From Torpedo marmorata (taxonomy: Eukaryota): DNA of 64,000 nt. A program made the position numbers and the translations under genes. Positions within the stretch are counted from its first letter, which is position 1, and each line of letters starts with the position of its first letter. Below, piece after piece: positions 1-10,787 of the stretch. The stretch is taken from assembly GCA_977017645.1 (NCBI GenBank), contig OZ360223.1, forward strand, positions 233,678,001-233,742,000, given 5' to 3'. The notes beneath the pieces are model-generated. The model was not told the origin of the DNA and did no database searches. It was given only the letters and a program-made list of their open reading frames with translations.

Positions 1-990
1 AGAAAGTTTATATAAAATGCCAAGCCTTGAATCCACAATACCATGTGGCCAGTCCAGTTAAGTTTCTAGTCAATGGTGACCCACAGGATGTGTATGTTGA
101 ATAACACTGGACAACATATTTTTTCCAAAAGGTTTGCTTCCTGAAAAATAATTGGGGATTGTGATAGACAACCTCAAGCTGAATACAAGGATAATTTCAC
201 ATTTGCTGCATCATGTAGGAAGTTGGAGAAACATTAAATTAACTTTTATTAAATTTAGCATGTTTAATCGCATAATGATGCTGACACATTGTGTTAGTTC
301 AACTGACCTAAAAATGTTTTGCCGCTGATTTTCATTTGTACTCAGCATCTGATGCCTCAATAGTCCAACAATAGTCGGCCAGCATTGATGGATTCCAGTT
401 GCCCTGATACCACTTTTCCATGGTTGCAATGTCCTGGTGAAACCTTTCACCATGTTCGTCACTGACTGCACCAAGATCAGCAGGGAATAAGTCCAAGTGC
501 AAATACAGAAAATTAATTTTCAATGACATGTTGCACTTCATGGTTTGTATGGTTGAAATAGACTTAGAATATGACAGGAAATCACAAAAATAGGCTATAT
601 TTTAAAAACGGTACGTGATAGGAAAGTTTTAAGGTGAGTTTTGTGATCAGCAGCCTAAAATCCATAAAATATACTCAAAAGTGTTCAGGAAGCAAAATCT
701 TCGTTGTCCAGTGTAATGGCTTTGGAGGTTAGGGGAGGTGATTAACAGAATTGGATATGTCCTTCATACCAAGGCAGAGATGTTGAACCAAGTGTTTCAA
801 CTGGTCTGGATTGGAGATAGTAGTTCTGATAAACAAGTTTTCAGTACTATTGTCAAACGAATCCAAGATCTCATTATCTTTCCTGCATCCAGTGCAGTTC
901 AACCACTTCTTGATATCATGTGGAATGAACTGAACTGGCTTTTGCAATGAAGCTAAAATTAGTCATCCACTTGGAATTGTTCCCTCAGAT
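1..990 (-). mobile_element. Old L2/CR1-group LINE RT remnant split by the Chapaev insertion
   Basis: Minus strand reads ...ISNSVNHLP (729-947) and resumes with HILWVTID*KLNWTGH (before 104), resembling the LINE thumb region NHLP...ILGVTIDxKLNW. Confidence 0.55.
105..713 (-). mobile_element. Internally deleted Chapaev3 (CMC superfamily) DNA transposon
   Basis: TIRs CACTGGACAAC...GTTGTCCAGTG and a TAA duplication (102-104, 714-716). ORF 332-541 has CNMSLKIxFL.xHLD.FP..LGAVSDEHGERFHQDI..ME..YQG.W...MLADYCW, the Chapaev transposase C-terminus. Confidence 0.9.
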
Positions 991-1009
991 GACTGCAAAT
1001 GCTGCAAAG

Positions 1010-1277
1010 GTTCAAAGATTCCTTTTACTGTTAGGTAATAACAAATTAAAAATGTAATATACATGATATACTTCAACTTTTGTCTGCCATAAAGCAAACA
1101 AAGAGTCACCATGAGCATTGCCCGACGCCCCTAACAATGGGAGAAAGAGGAGAAAAAGAGAGTCCCTTCAGAGACACTGAGTGTCCGTGGATTCGCCCCC
1201 AGCATTCCCGCAGCCTCTGCAACCGCAGACTCCAGTTCAAACCATCGGCAACCCAAGCTTCAGATCCAAACCTCACT
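1010..1277 (-). mobile_element. 5'-truncated copy of a non-coding retroposon (same family as 41803-42600)
   Basis: Shares GAGTGTCCGTGGATTCGCC..CAGC..TCCCGCAGCCTCTGCAACCGCA and the AAGATTCC tail end with 41803-42030. Confidence 0.7.
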
Positions 1278-1656
1278 GCAACAGTACAGTCTTTGGTCGA
1301 TTGAAGGAAAAGGTATTTGAAGATCAAGTCATCAGAGCCACATATAGTAACTTATGATTTACTGCTTGGCAGTTAGTTCTGCCTTGCTATATCCTTCTGA
1401 GACTCGGACTACCAGTAGCAGGTATCGCAAGGCACCATAAAGATCCCACCAATACTGTCTCCAAATTATCCTCCAAATTCATTGGAATAAGCAAGCCAAC
1501 ATCAGTGTTCCCTCCCAACCTAACATCCCTAGCATTGAGTCAGCCCCAGGTTACTTTCAGATGGCTACTTTGGCCAGGCCCGACACCAGACTCCTCAAAC
1601 AGACACATCATTCTGAGATCTATCAGGGGAAGAGATTAATAGGTAGAGAGAGGAAT

Positions 1657-1848
1657 GTCTGTAAGGAGTTTGTACGTTCTCCCCGTGTCTGCGTGGGTTT
1701 TCTCCGGGGGCTCCGGTTTCCTCCCACCCTTCAAAATGTACCGGGGGTGTAGGTTAATGGGATGTAAATTTGGCGGCACGGACTCGTAGGGCCGAAAGGG
1801 CCTGTTACAGTGCTGTATGTCTAAATTTAATTTAAAATTTAAAAAATG
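1657..1848 (+). mobile_element. V-SINE (HE1-like), 5'-truncated
   Basis: V-domain GCGTGGGTTTTCTCCGGGGGCTCCGGTTTCCTCCCAC, LINE-type tail GGGCCGAAAGGGCCTGTT...GCTGTATGTCT and AAATTT repeats. Confidence 0.8.
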
Positions 1849-1849
1849 T

Positions 1850-2208
1850 AACACCCGCTCCTCCATTATCTCCCCCTGTCTCCTTTCCTCCAGTTCTCTC
1901 TCTCTCCCTTTTCCCTCTGTCTCCCTTCACCGAGCCAAAATCAATTCTCACCTTTCCTCTTATCATATCCAATTAACACCTTTTGGCTGTTGGTCTTTAC
2001 TCCTCTCCCTCCCTTTCTTCCCCCTTTCTCTCCCCAGTCTTTTAATTCAGACGCCTGCCTGCTTTTTGCTTATACCTTGAGGAAGGGCTCAGGCTACCAG
2101 TAATATATCTTTACCTCCTATGGACGCTACAAGACCGGCTGAGTTACTCCAGAATTTCTGTGTGTTTTTACTACAATCACAGTGTCTGCAGACTTTCGTG
2201 TTTCACTC
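1850..2208 (+). mobile_element. Penelope-like element 3' terminal fragment
   Basis: Pyrimidine tract, degenerate hammerhead (TTGAGGAAGGGCTCAGGCT) and GCTGAGTTACTCCAG...GTCTGCAGACTTTCGTGTTT end shared with 12400-12570. Confidence 0.7.
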
Positions 2209-2641
2209 TGTTCACTGACCCACCCTGTCATCCCCCTCTTTCCCAATCTGTGCAAGAGTCCAAGGGTCCCACATTAGCCCCAAGAGCTACTTCATAACCG
2301 ATAAGAATAGTGTGGAAACAAGTCATCCTTAATCTAGGACGAGCTAAGAAGCCTCCATGGCACCCTCACTAAATTGGCTCCATTTTTAAAATATGTCTGG
2401 TGCAGTTTCTACACAAGGTTCTGTGTTACTCATTGAGCAAGTGCTGGCCTCCTGACATGATAGTACTGATTGTGATGGAATTTGAATTTGCTGCTTTTCA
2501 TTGTCCATCGTACAATAGGATGGCCTGTTTTTGACATTGATTTTTACAGAATCTATCTTATTCAGCAGAGTGAGGTTAGTCTCAGTCTGAAGTCAGTTTC
2601 CCTTCACAAGAAGATTCCTATCAATATTGTAAACTGATGCA

Positions 2642-2956
2642 AAAACACAACGCTGAAGAAACTCAGCAGGTCAAGCAGTGTCCTTTATATAGCAAAGATA
2701 AAAATACATAACTGACGTTTCGGGCTTGAGCCCTTCATCAAGATATGGAAAAATGTCGGCAGGTGTCCGAACAAAAGAGTAGGGTTTGTTCGGACGCCTG
2801 CTGACATTTTTCCATACCTTGATGAAGGGCTCAAGCCCGAAACGTCTGTTATGTATTTTTATCTTTGCTATATAAAGGACACTGCTTGACCTGCTGAGTT
2901 TCTCCAGCTTTGTGTTTTTACTTCAACCGCGGTGTCTGCAGATTTTCGTGTTTTAC
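2642..2956. mobile_element. Palindromic Penelope-derived element (two inverted 3' termini)
   Basis: Arms of about 134 bp (2642-2775 and 2785-2919) are near reverse complements. 15-bp TSD TTGT(A/G)AACTGATGCA at 2627-2641 and 2957-2971. Confidence 0.85.
2819..2846 (+). ncRNA. Minimal type I hammerhead ribozyme-like motif (mirror copy on minus strand at 2714-2741)
   Basis: TTGATGA-A-GGGC-TCAA-GCCC-GAAA-CGTC gives core boxes, a 4-bp stem II, a palindromic ACGT stem III and a GUC cleavage triplet. The core is a C3U variant. Confidence 0.65.
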
Positions 2957-3224
2957 TTGTGAACTGATGCACTGGGTAACAATGAGAGTGTACAATATCT
3001 AAAAAGGTTTTCTACCCAGCCCACAATGATTCTCTCACCCTTCATGACTTGCTAAAGTCCATGTGGAGAATGTTTCCTGCCCTGGCCTCATCAATCCTCC
3101 TGGTCACCTCTTCAGAAAACACAATTAAATTGTGCGACACAATCTCCCACACACAAAATTATGCTATCATTTCTTGTCTTCTCAAATGCAGGTTGATTCT
3201 GTCTCTCAGAATCTCCTCCAAGAA

Positions 3225-3724
3225 CTTTCAGATTTATTGTCAGAGTACATACATGACATCACATACAACCCTGAGATTATTTTTCCTGTGGGCAAGGCAG
3301 AATTACCACTTATTGGTAGTACAAAAAAAACTATAAGCAACGTACACATGTAAACAAATAAAGAACTGTAAACAGATAACGAATGTAAAGAAACTGTGCA
3401 ACACAGAGAGAATTAAAAAAATCAATAAAGTGCAAAGGTAAGAGTCCTTAAATGAGTCCCTGATTAAGTTTGTTGTTGAGGAGTCTGATGGTGGAGGGGT
3501 AGCAGCTGTTCCTGAACCTGGTGGTGCGAGTCTTGTGGCACCTTTACCTCTTTCCTGATGGCAGCAGTGAGAACAGAGTGTGTGCTGGGTGGTGTGGATC
3601 TTTGATGATTGCTGCTGCTCTCCAATGGCAGCATTCCCTGTGGATGTTCTCGATGGTGGGGAGGGTTTTGCCTGTGATGAGGTGGGTTGTGTGCACTACC
3701 TTTTGCAGGGCTTTACACTCAGGG
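3225..3724 (-). mobile_element. Rex1/Babar-type LINE 3' fragment (second family)
   Basis: Minus strand ends in ACAATAAATCTGAAAG. Coding remnant resembles LFSLLPSGKR...TRFRNS, the Rex C-terminus. Confidence 0.65.
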
Positions 3725-4375
3725 ATCCTAAAACTGATGCTCAGCTCACAAGCCTGTCGTTCCCTGACTTGTCCTCGCAGCCCTTCTTCAGGAAAGGCAC
3801 AACATTAGCTTGCCTCCAGTCTTCTGACACCTGAGCTATGGCTAACAATGTGACAAGTATCTCTGACAGGAACTTCTTTTCTGGCTCCCACATTGCCCTC
3901 GGATACACTTGGTCTTGCCCCAGGGATTTGTCCACTTTAACATTGCCAGTATCTCCTCTTTTGAAATGTGGATATGTTTCAGGACGTCACTATTCTCTTC
4001 CCTGAATTCCCTACCTTCCATGTCCTTCTGCATGGTAAATTCAGTTGCAAAGTATTCAAGACCTCATCCATCTCCTAGAGCATCACACATAGATCACTAC
4101 ACCAATCCTAATGGGAAACTATTCTCCCCCTAGTTATCATTTTGCTCTTAATATGCTTCTAGAATCTCTTGGGATTTTCCTGATCTGCCAAAGCCAGCTC
4201 ATGTCTTCTTTCTACCCTCATGATGTCCCGTTTACGTGCACTGCTACATCCCTTATACTCAATGGATTCATGATTCCAGCCACCTAAACCTGATGTATGC
4301 CTCTTTTTTCCTGACCACATCCTCTCTATCACTTGTCAGCCAGCATGCCCTAATTCTTCCACTCTCCTGAGAACA
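3725..4375 (-). mobile_element. Degenerate CR1 ORF2 fragment
   Basis: DKSLGQDQVYPR and EDWRQANVVPFLKKG..DKSGNDRLVS motifs. Confidence 0.75.
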
Positions 4376-4849
4376 TATTGATATTAGCTTGATGATGGAC
4401 GTGATTTATTTTTGCTTTTTTAAGTTTCTTTCAAAAGGCATTTCTATGTTGACTACTAATTTGGTCTCTAAAAAATTATATAGAAATCAGTCGACTTCCT
4501 TTTTTCTGTTTGGTACTTGATGAAACTCAAGTGTGTTTATTTATTCCTAGAATGTGGACAACATGAGGAGTATCAGCGTTTTATAGTACACTCCTTACTA
4601 TCCTGAAACTGAGGAGGCATTCACTTGTCAACCATATTGATGGGACTGAGGCCACACAATGGATAGTCAATTGGAAACACATAGGAGTTAAAATTCCACA
4701 TGGCAGCTGGTGAATTTAAATTAATGTGGCGATAAAACCAGTTGCTGGAGTGAGGGACTTGGGAGAGCTGTGAGTGTCAGGAACCAACTTGAGGTGAGTG
4801 CATTTAAAAAGGGAGCGGAGGGCAAGTTAAGGGCTAAATAGAATGGTGA

Positions 4850-7140
4850 TTGGTGGGAGGAGTAATAAAGATAAGGGGCAATTACAAATAAAAAGAGGGG
4901 TAGCTCAAGCGGAGCAGCTAGTGTGTGAGTGGCTCAGGGTAGGAGTGGGGGACTTAGAGGCTTTGGCGAGAAGAGGCTGAGGACCAGCTTGTTTCCAGCA
5001 AGTTAAAATCAGGTAAGATCTTTGTATTTAAATTAGGAATAGATAATGGAGGCAGCAGCTAGGGCAGTGGAATGCTCTGAGTGCAGCATGTGGGAAATCT
5101 GGGACAGCACAATTGTCCCTGATGACTACACCTGCAAGAGGTGCATCCAGCTGCAGCTCCTGGAAGACCGAGTTAGGGAGCAGGAGCTGGATGAACTCCA
5201 GATCATTTGGGAGGCAGAGGCAGTGATAGAGAGGAGCTTCAGGGAGACAGTCACCCCCAAATGTCAGGAGGCAGGTAGCTGGGTGACTGTTAGGAGAGGG
5301 AAAGGGAAGAGGCAGACAGTGCAGAGCACCCCTGTGGCTGTTCCCCTCAACAATAAGTATACGGTTTTGGATACTGTTGGGGGGGATAATCTACCAGGGA
5401 CAAATCGTGGTGGTCACGTCTCTGGCGCAGAGGCTGGCCACTCGGCTCAGAAGGGAAGGGGGAGAAGAGGAGAGATATGGTGATTGGGGACTCGTTGGTT
5501 AGGCGTGTGGATAGGAGGTTCTGTGAACGAGATCGAGGCTCCTGGATGGTATGTGCCAGGGTCAGGGATGTCTCTGATCGAGTTCACAGCATTCTGGAGG
5601 GGGAGGGTGGGCAGCTAGATGTTGTGGTCCACGTGGGGACCAATGACATAGATAGGAGTAGTGATGAGGTCTTGAAGTGGGAGTTTAGGGAGTTAGGTAA
5701 GTTAAAAAGCAGGACCTCAAGGGTGGTAATCTTGGGAATGCTGCCTGTGCCACGCACCAGAGAGGGTAGGAATAGGAAGTTGTGGTTGTGGCAGATGAAT
5801 GCGTGGCTGAAGAGTTGGTACAGGGGTTCAAATTTGTGGATCATTGGGATCTCTTCTGGGGAAGGTCTGACCTGTACAAAAAGGACAGGCTGCACCTGAA
5901 CTGGAAAGGGACCAATATCCTGGCTGGCAGGTTTGCTAGAGCTGTTAGGGAGGGTTTAAACTAGTTTGGCAGGGGGGGTGGGAACCAGAATGTGAATGCA
6001 GAGAATAGGGCAGAAGGTCAAAAGCATGATGCTATGTGTTCTGAGTTTGTGAGGAAGGACAGGCATAAATGTAGCCAGTTAGAGGGTTTGAAATGTGTCT
6101 ATTTCAACGCTAGGAGTATTAGGAATAAAGGGGATGAATTTAGAGCATGGATCAGTACATGGAACTACGATGTTGTGGCCGTTGAGACTTGGCTGGAGGA
6201 AGGGCAGGTTTGGCTGATGCAGGTACCAGGGTTTAGGTGTTTTAAAAGAAATAGGATGGGAGGTAAGAGGGGGGCAGGAGTAGCATTACTGGTCAGGGAT
6301 AGTATCACGGCTATAGAAAGGGAGGACGCTGCAGAGGGAGTGTCTACTGAGTCGGTGTGGGTGGAAGTCAGAAATAGGAAGGGAGTAATCACTGTACTAG
6401 GAGTAGTCTATAGACCCCAAAATAACCCTCAGGACACTGAGGAGCCGATAAGCAGGCAGATTTTGGAATGGTGCAGGAAATACAGGGTTGTAGTTATGGG
6501 TGATTTCAACTTCCCTAATATTGATTGGCACTTCCTGACTGCAAGAGGGATAGATGGGGCTGAATTTGTCAGGTTTGTTCAAGAAGGATTCCCTGACACA
6601 GTATGTGGACCAGCCGACGAGAGGAGAGGCCATACTGGATCTAATTCTGGGTAATGAACCTGGTCAGGTGGCGGACTTCTCAATTGGGGGAGCATTTTGG
6701 TGAGAGTGACTTTAACTCCCTGAGCTTTAGCATAGCTGTGGATAAGGATAAAAGCAGACAAAATGGGAAAGTGTTTAATTGGGGAAGGGCTAATTATGAT
6801 GGGATGAGGCAGGAACTCGAGAGAGTAAATTGGAAACAGATGTTCAAGGGTGAAAGCACAGAACTAATGTGGAAGAAGTTTAGGGACCACTTGTGTTGGG
6901 TTCAGGGGTAAGTTTTTAAAAAAAAATATAAACTCAGAGTTGTGGGTGCCTGGAATGCCTTGCCAGGGATGGTGGTGGAGGCTGAAATATTAGGGGCATT
7001 TAAGAGACTCTTAGCCAGACACATGGATGGAAGAAAAATAGAGGGTTACTGGGTTTAGTACTTTTTTTTAAGGAATATATGGGTTGGCACATTGAGGGCC
7101 AAAGGGTCTGTACTGTGCTGTAGTGTTCTATGTTCTATTA
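4850..7140 (+). mobile_element. CR1/L3 LINE with 5' UTR, ORF1 (zinc finger plus SGNH esterase), APE endonuclease and 3' tail, RT deleted
   Basis: CxxC...CxxC (5046 onward), GDS/HVGTND/DxLH esterase motifs, YFNARS/VETW/VYRP/MGDFN endonuclease motifs. Jumps near 6905 to the CR1 3' end with a GTTCTAT tail. Confidence 0.9.
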
Positions 7141-7194
7141 CTACTCACGAGACTGCTGGCTATTACAACAATCTAATCCTAAAAGAGATCTACT

Positions 7195-7720
7195 ATCTCT
7201 TAGCCAAATACAATCCACTGGAGGAACTCAGCAGGTCCAGGAGCACCAGGGGGAGAAAAAGAATGGTTTTAGGCAGGAGAGCTTCATCAAGACTGCAAAT
7301 GCAGAGAGAGAAGGCAGTGCAAATAGGAGGAGCAGAACAGGGGCCATGTGGGATTGGTGAACCCAGGAGAAGCAAAGCATGATGGACAGAAGCAGAAGAT
7401 TGGCAGATGCCAGACAGAGAGGCAAGGAAAACAAAAGGGATCAGATGGAAGAAGATGGGTCATTCAGCGTGGAATGGGTGATTAGAAGACAAAGGCTGCC
7501 AGTGTTGGAATCAGATAAGAAGGGAAGGTGATAGTGGTACAGTCCAAAGAGAAACCAGATAGACCTGGGGGGGTGGGTGGAAAAGAGGGAAAGCAGAAGA
7601 ATCTAGTGGGGAATTGGGGAAAGCGGATGAGAATGGATGGGGGGGGGGGTTTGGGTGGGAGAGGGGACAAAACAAAAAAAAAGGGAAAAAGAGGAAAGAA
7701 CAGAAGGGGTACCAGAGGTT
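7195..7720 (-). mobile_element. Old Penelope 3' fragment
   Basis: GGAGGAACTCAGCAGGTC end, degenerate TTGATGAAG..CTAAAAC motif and purine-rich tract on the plus strand. Confidence 0.6.
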
Positions 7721-8119
7721 AGAGATGGATATAATCACAACATTTAAAAAGACAGTTGGATTGGTGCATTGATGGGAAAAATAAGCAAGCGCGATAAGCT
7801 AAGGTAGACAACTTGGTCAGCGTGGACATTGGGACAAAGGAGTCAGTTTCCTCGAATTCTATGATTGGTGTCAAGCTTCTTGAGTGTTGATGAAGCAACA
7901 CTCATCAATGCAAGTGGAGAGTATCCCATCACACTTCTGTCTTGAGGCTTGCAGAGGTGGTGGACCAGCTTTAGGGACCAAGTGTTAGCATCATTTTCCG
8001 TTCAGATTCAGATTTTCAATGCCTGCAATTTTTAAATTCTCACATCTCATGCCGCAGCAGACTGCACTCTGTGACAAATTTTGTTTGACGCAGGGAAAGA
8101 TTTCTATGCGATGATAAAA

Positions 8120-8395
8120 ATGCTTTGATAATTTTCTCAAAGCCTCCGTGGGGGAAAAAAATGCAACCCTTCCAGTGACTCCTGGGAATTCGCTAGCTCA
8201 TGAATGCTCAAAGTGGAGAAGGAACTTTTAGAATGGAACTGAGAACCTTTGCAATACATTGGCAGCAAGTGGATGCTCAGGGTAAACGGCAGAAGAAGCA
8301 CACACCTCACCAACTACACATCCCAGCTAGGCACCTCCTGTGATGGTGTCTGTAGGTCACACATTAGGCTCATCGGTCATCTCAGAACACACTAA
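8120..8395 (+). mobile_element. RTE-clade LINE 3' remnant
   Basis: Ends in C..VCRSHIRLIGHLRTH, the C2H2-like C-terminus of RTE elements. Confidence 0.55.
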
Positions 8396-9371
8396 AGCAA
8401 GGCACTGTATAAGAATTAAAACATCTACTACAGTACATGGTAACATTTTTAATTGATGTTTTTTTGTGCTGATTGCCTATTTTCTCAGTGTGTGTCAAAA
8501 ATGTTGCCAATTTATCTCATAACTGCAGCAGATCAAAAACCCACTTCTGCCCAAATGCAATTACCATTTACAATGAGATGTATAGAAATTAAAAAAAGCA
8601 GAATTGTCAAACAAACTTGGTCATTGCATTATCCACAGTTTAAAAAAAATCAGATTAGTCTGGTGTCTCCGTGGAATTAAAGACTAATTTATCTGAAGGA
8701 AAATTATATGAACATTTAAAAATTTCATCCATCACTTTTAGAAGGACAGATTAGATATATTTTCCCCATTAAACAATCAGGTAATGGTGAGTGCTCATTT
8801 TCCAATTAGTGAGGAAGTGTGATATCACATGATGCAGTGTCACATAACCAGGAACAGACAGGCTGGTTGAAAGCTGGATGACAATCCCTGCAGGTTCATG
8901 TTGAACCAATCGGCAGAGTAGTCTTTACACCATTTGACCTTATCTATTTATACCACAGGAAGCTCCTCGGTTTCAAGCTCCTGACTTATAGACATCCTGT
9001 GCATATAAACAATCTCCAAAAATATTAAATGAAAAAGTCTAGTATCTGTTCATTCTTTCGAACCTCAGAACTAGTTTTATCTTCTCTCCCTCTTTTGTTC
9101 TTTCTTATCTGCTCTATTGCTTTTGATGCCATTTCGTTACAAATCTCTGGCAGTATGACTACCATGTTCAGCAACTTTTGTGCATTTTCTGACCTGTGGA
9201 CAAAATCAACTCATCTGTGAAAACAGAACCCATTTGTTACTTGCAGACGGTGTGTGGAAGAAACAGAAAATGATGGAAATGGTCAGTAAGTTGAGCAGTA
9301 CCCAGAGAGAACCAGTTAGTTCCAGATTAGTAAACTTTTAATTTTAATGAGGAAACATTTATGGGATTTTT

Positions 9372-9580
9372 TTAAATTTTAGAGATACAGCGCAGTAACT
9401 GGCCCTTCCAGCCCAGGAGCCCGCGTTGCCTAAATACATCCACGTGACTAACCCTGTACATCATTGCAGGTTGGGAGGAAACCGGAGCACCCAGAGGAAA
9501 CCCACACAAGTCACAGGGAGAAAATACAGACAGCACAGGATTCGAACCCAGGTCGCTGATGCTGTAATAGCATTGAGCTG
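9372..9580 (-). mobile_element. V-SINE (HE1-like)
   Basis: Reverse-complement V-domain (GGGAGGAAACCGGAGCACCCAGAGGAAACCCAC) and B-box GGTTCGAATCC. Confidence 0.75.
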
Positions 9581-10119
9581 CTTAAATATTTCTTCGTCTA
9601 AATTAAATTAATGAAAAAGTGCAGACAGGAGGTGGTAATCAAGCAGGTTTTCTTGCCCCAGTTTAACATGATGCCATAGCAGTTCATGGGATCCAGTCAA
9701 TATTGAGCACTCCCTGGGCAGATCCCTCCTTACGATAAACTCCTGTGCCACTGTCTCTGCTGGGTCTGACCTGCTGGGGGGACATGTCGTACCCAGCGAT
9801 GGACATGGTGGTGACTGTGGTGTAAAGTAAGATTCTGAGTAGGACTATATCAGGTTGTGGCTTGGATATGGAGTGTTAGACAGTTCTCCCAATTTTGGCA
9901 CAAGCTTCCGGATGTTTGTAAGAAATGTTGGCTCGATTTGTGAAGCTCAGATCCATTAAATAAAAAAGGCAGTGTCTGTGACATCAAAGGGACTTTGACC
10001 TGAAACATTAACAGAGTTTATTTTTCCACAGATAGTCAAGGCTGCTGAGTATTTTCAGCATCTTGTTTCTAACTATAAGAATGACATGACCTGCCAGTGG
10101 AACTGTCTGTGTAATTCAG

Positions 10120-10590
10120 TCCTCAATGCTGAGGATGTTGTCTTGGGGAAGGGTACTGACCTGGTTTGTTTACCCTTACACTAAATTTGGAGACTGTTGC
10201 AGGAATAGTATTGGCATTTCTGAAGTGCCTGTTAGAGGTAGCACACATCTCAGAAGCATACAGAAGGGCAAGGATTACTGCGACCCAGCATTTTATCTGT
10301 GGTTTCATCTTCAAACATACTTTATCCTCAGTCAGCCAAAGGTTATGCAAATGCACAGTGATCATTGATGTCTTCCTTCAAGTGAAAGGTGGCTCTCAAG
10401 ATCTGAGATGTGGCCTGCATTTTCTGGGATCTTGCTGTGTATATTCATCATTGGAGGGTGGTGTTTTAAAGCAGAGGACCTTTGTTTTGCAAATGTTGAC
10501 TGTACGGTCTTCCCTTACATCCTCTGATGAAGGATTTGATGATGACAGAACTTGTCATCCTTGTGTCCAAGTTTAGGTGTTGCTTGCACC
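10120..10590 (-). mobile_element. Degenerate RTE LINE RT fragment
   Basis: AVILALLYASE...RH motif (RTE LLYGSETW-like) in ORF 10123-10365. Confidence 0.55.
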
Positions 10591-10787
10591 CTACTAAGAT
10601 TAGAACCATAAAGTACGACAGCACAGAAACAGGCCCTTTGGCCCATCTAGTCTATGCTGAACTATTATTCTGCCTGGTCACAAGGACCTGCACCTAGACC
10701 ATAGCCCTCCATACCCCTCCCATCCATGTACCTGTCCATTTTAAAATGTCAAAATCAAGCCCACATTCACCACTCCAGCCAGCAGCT

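Noticed and set aside
8940-9215. Exon-like minus-strand frame SENAQKLLNMVVILPEICNEMASKAIEQIRK...QILDFFI* with nearby AG acceptors
   Set aside because: No recognisable homology (not EPHX4 or BET), several competing acceptors and no partner exons. It needs RNA-seq.
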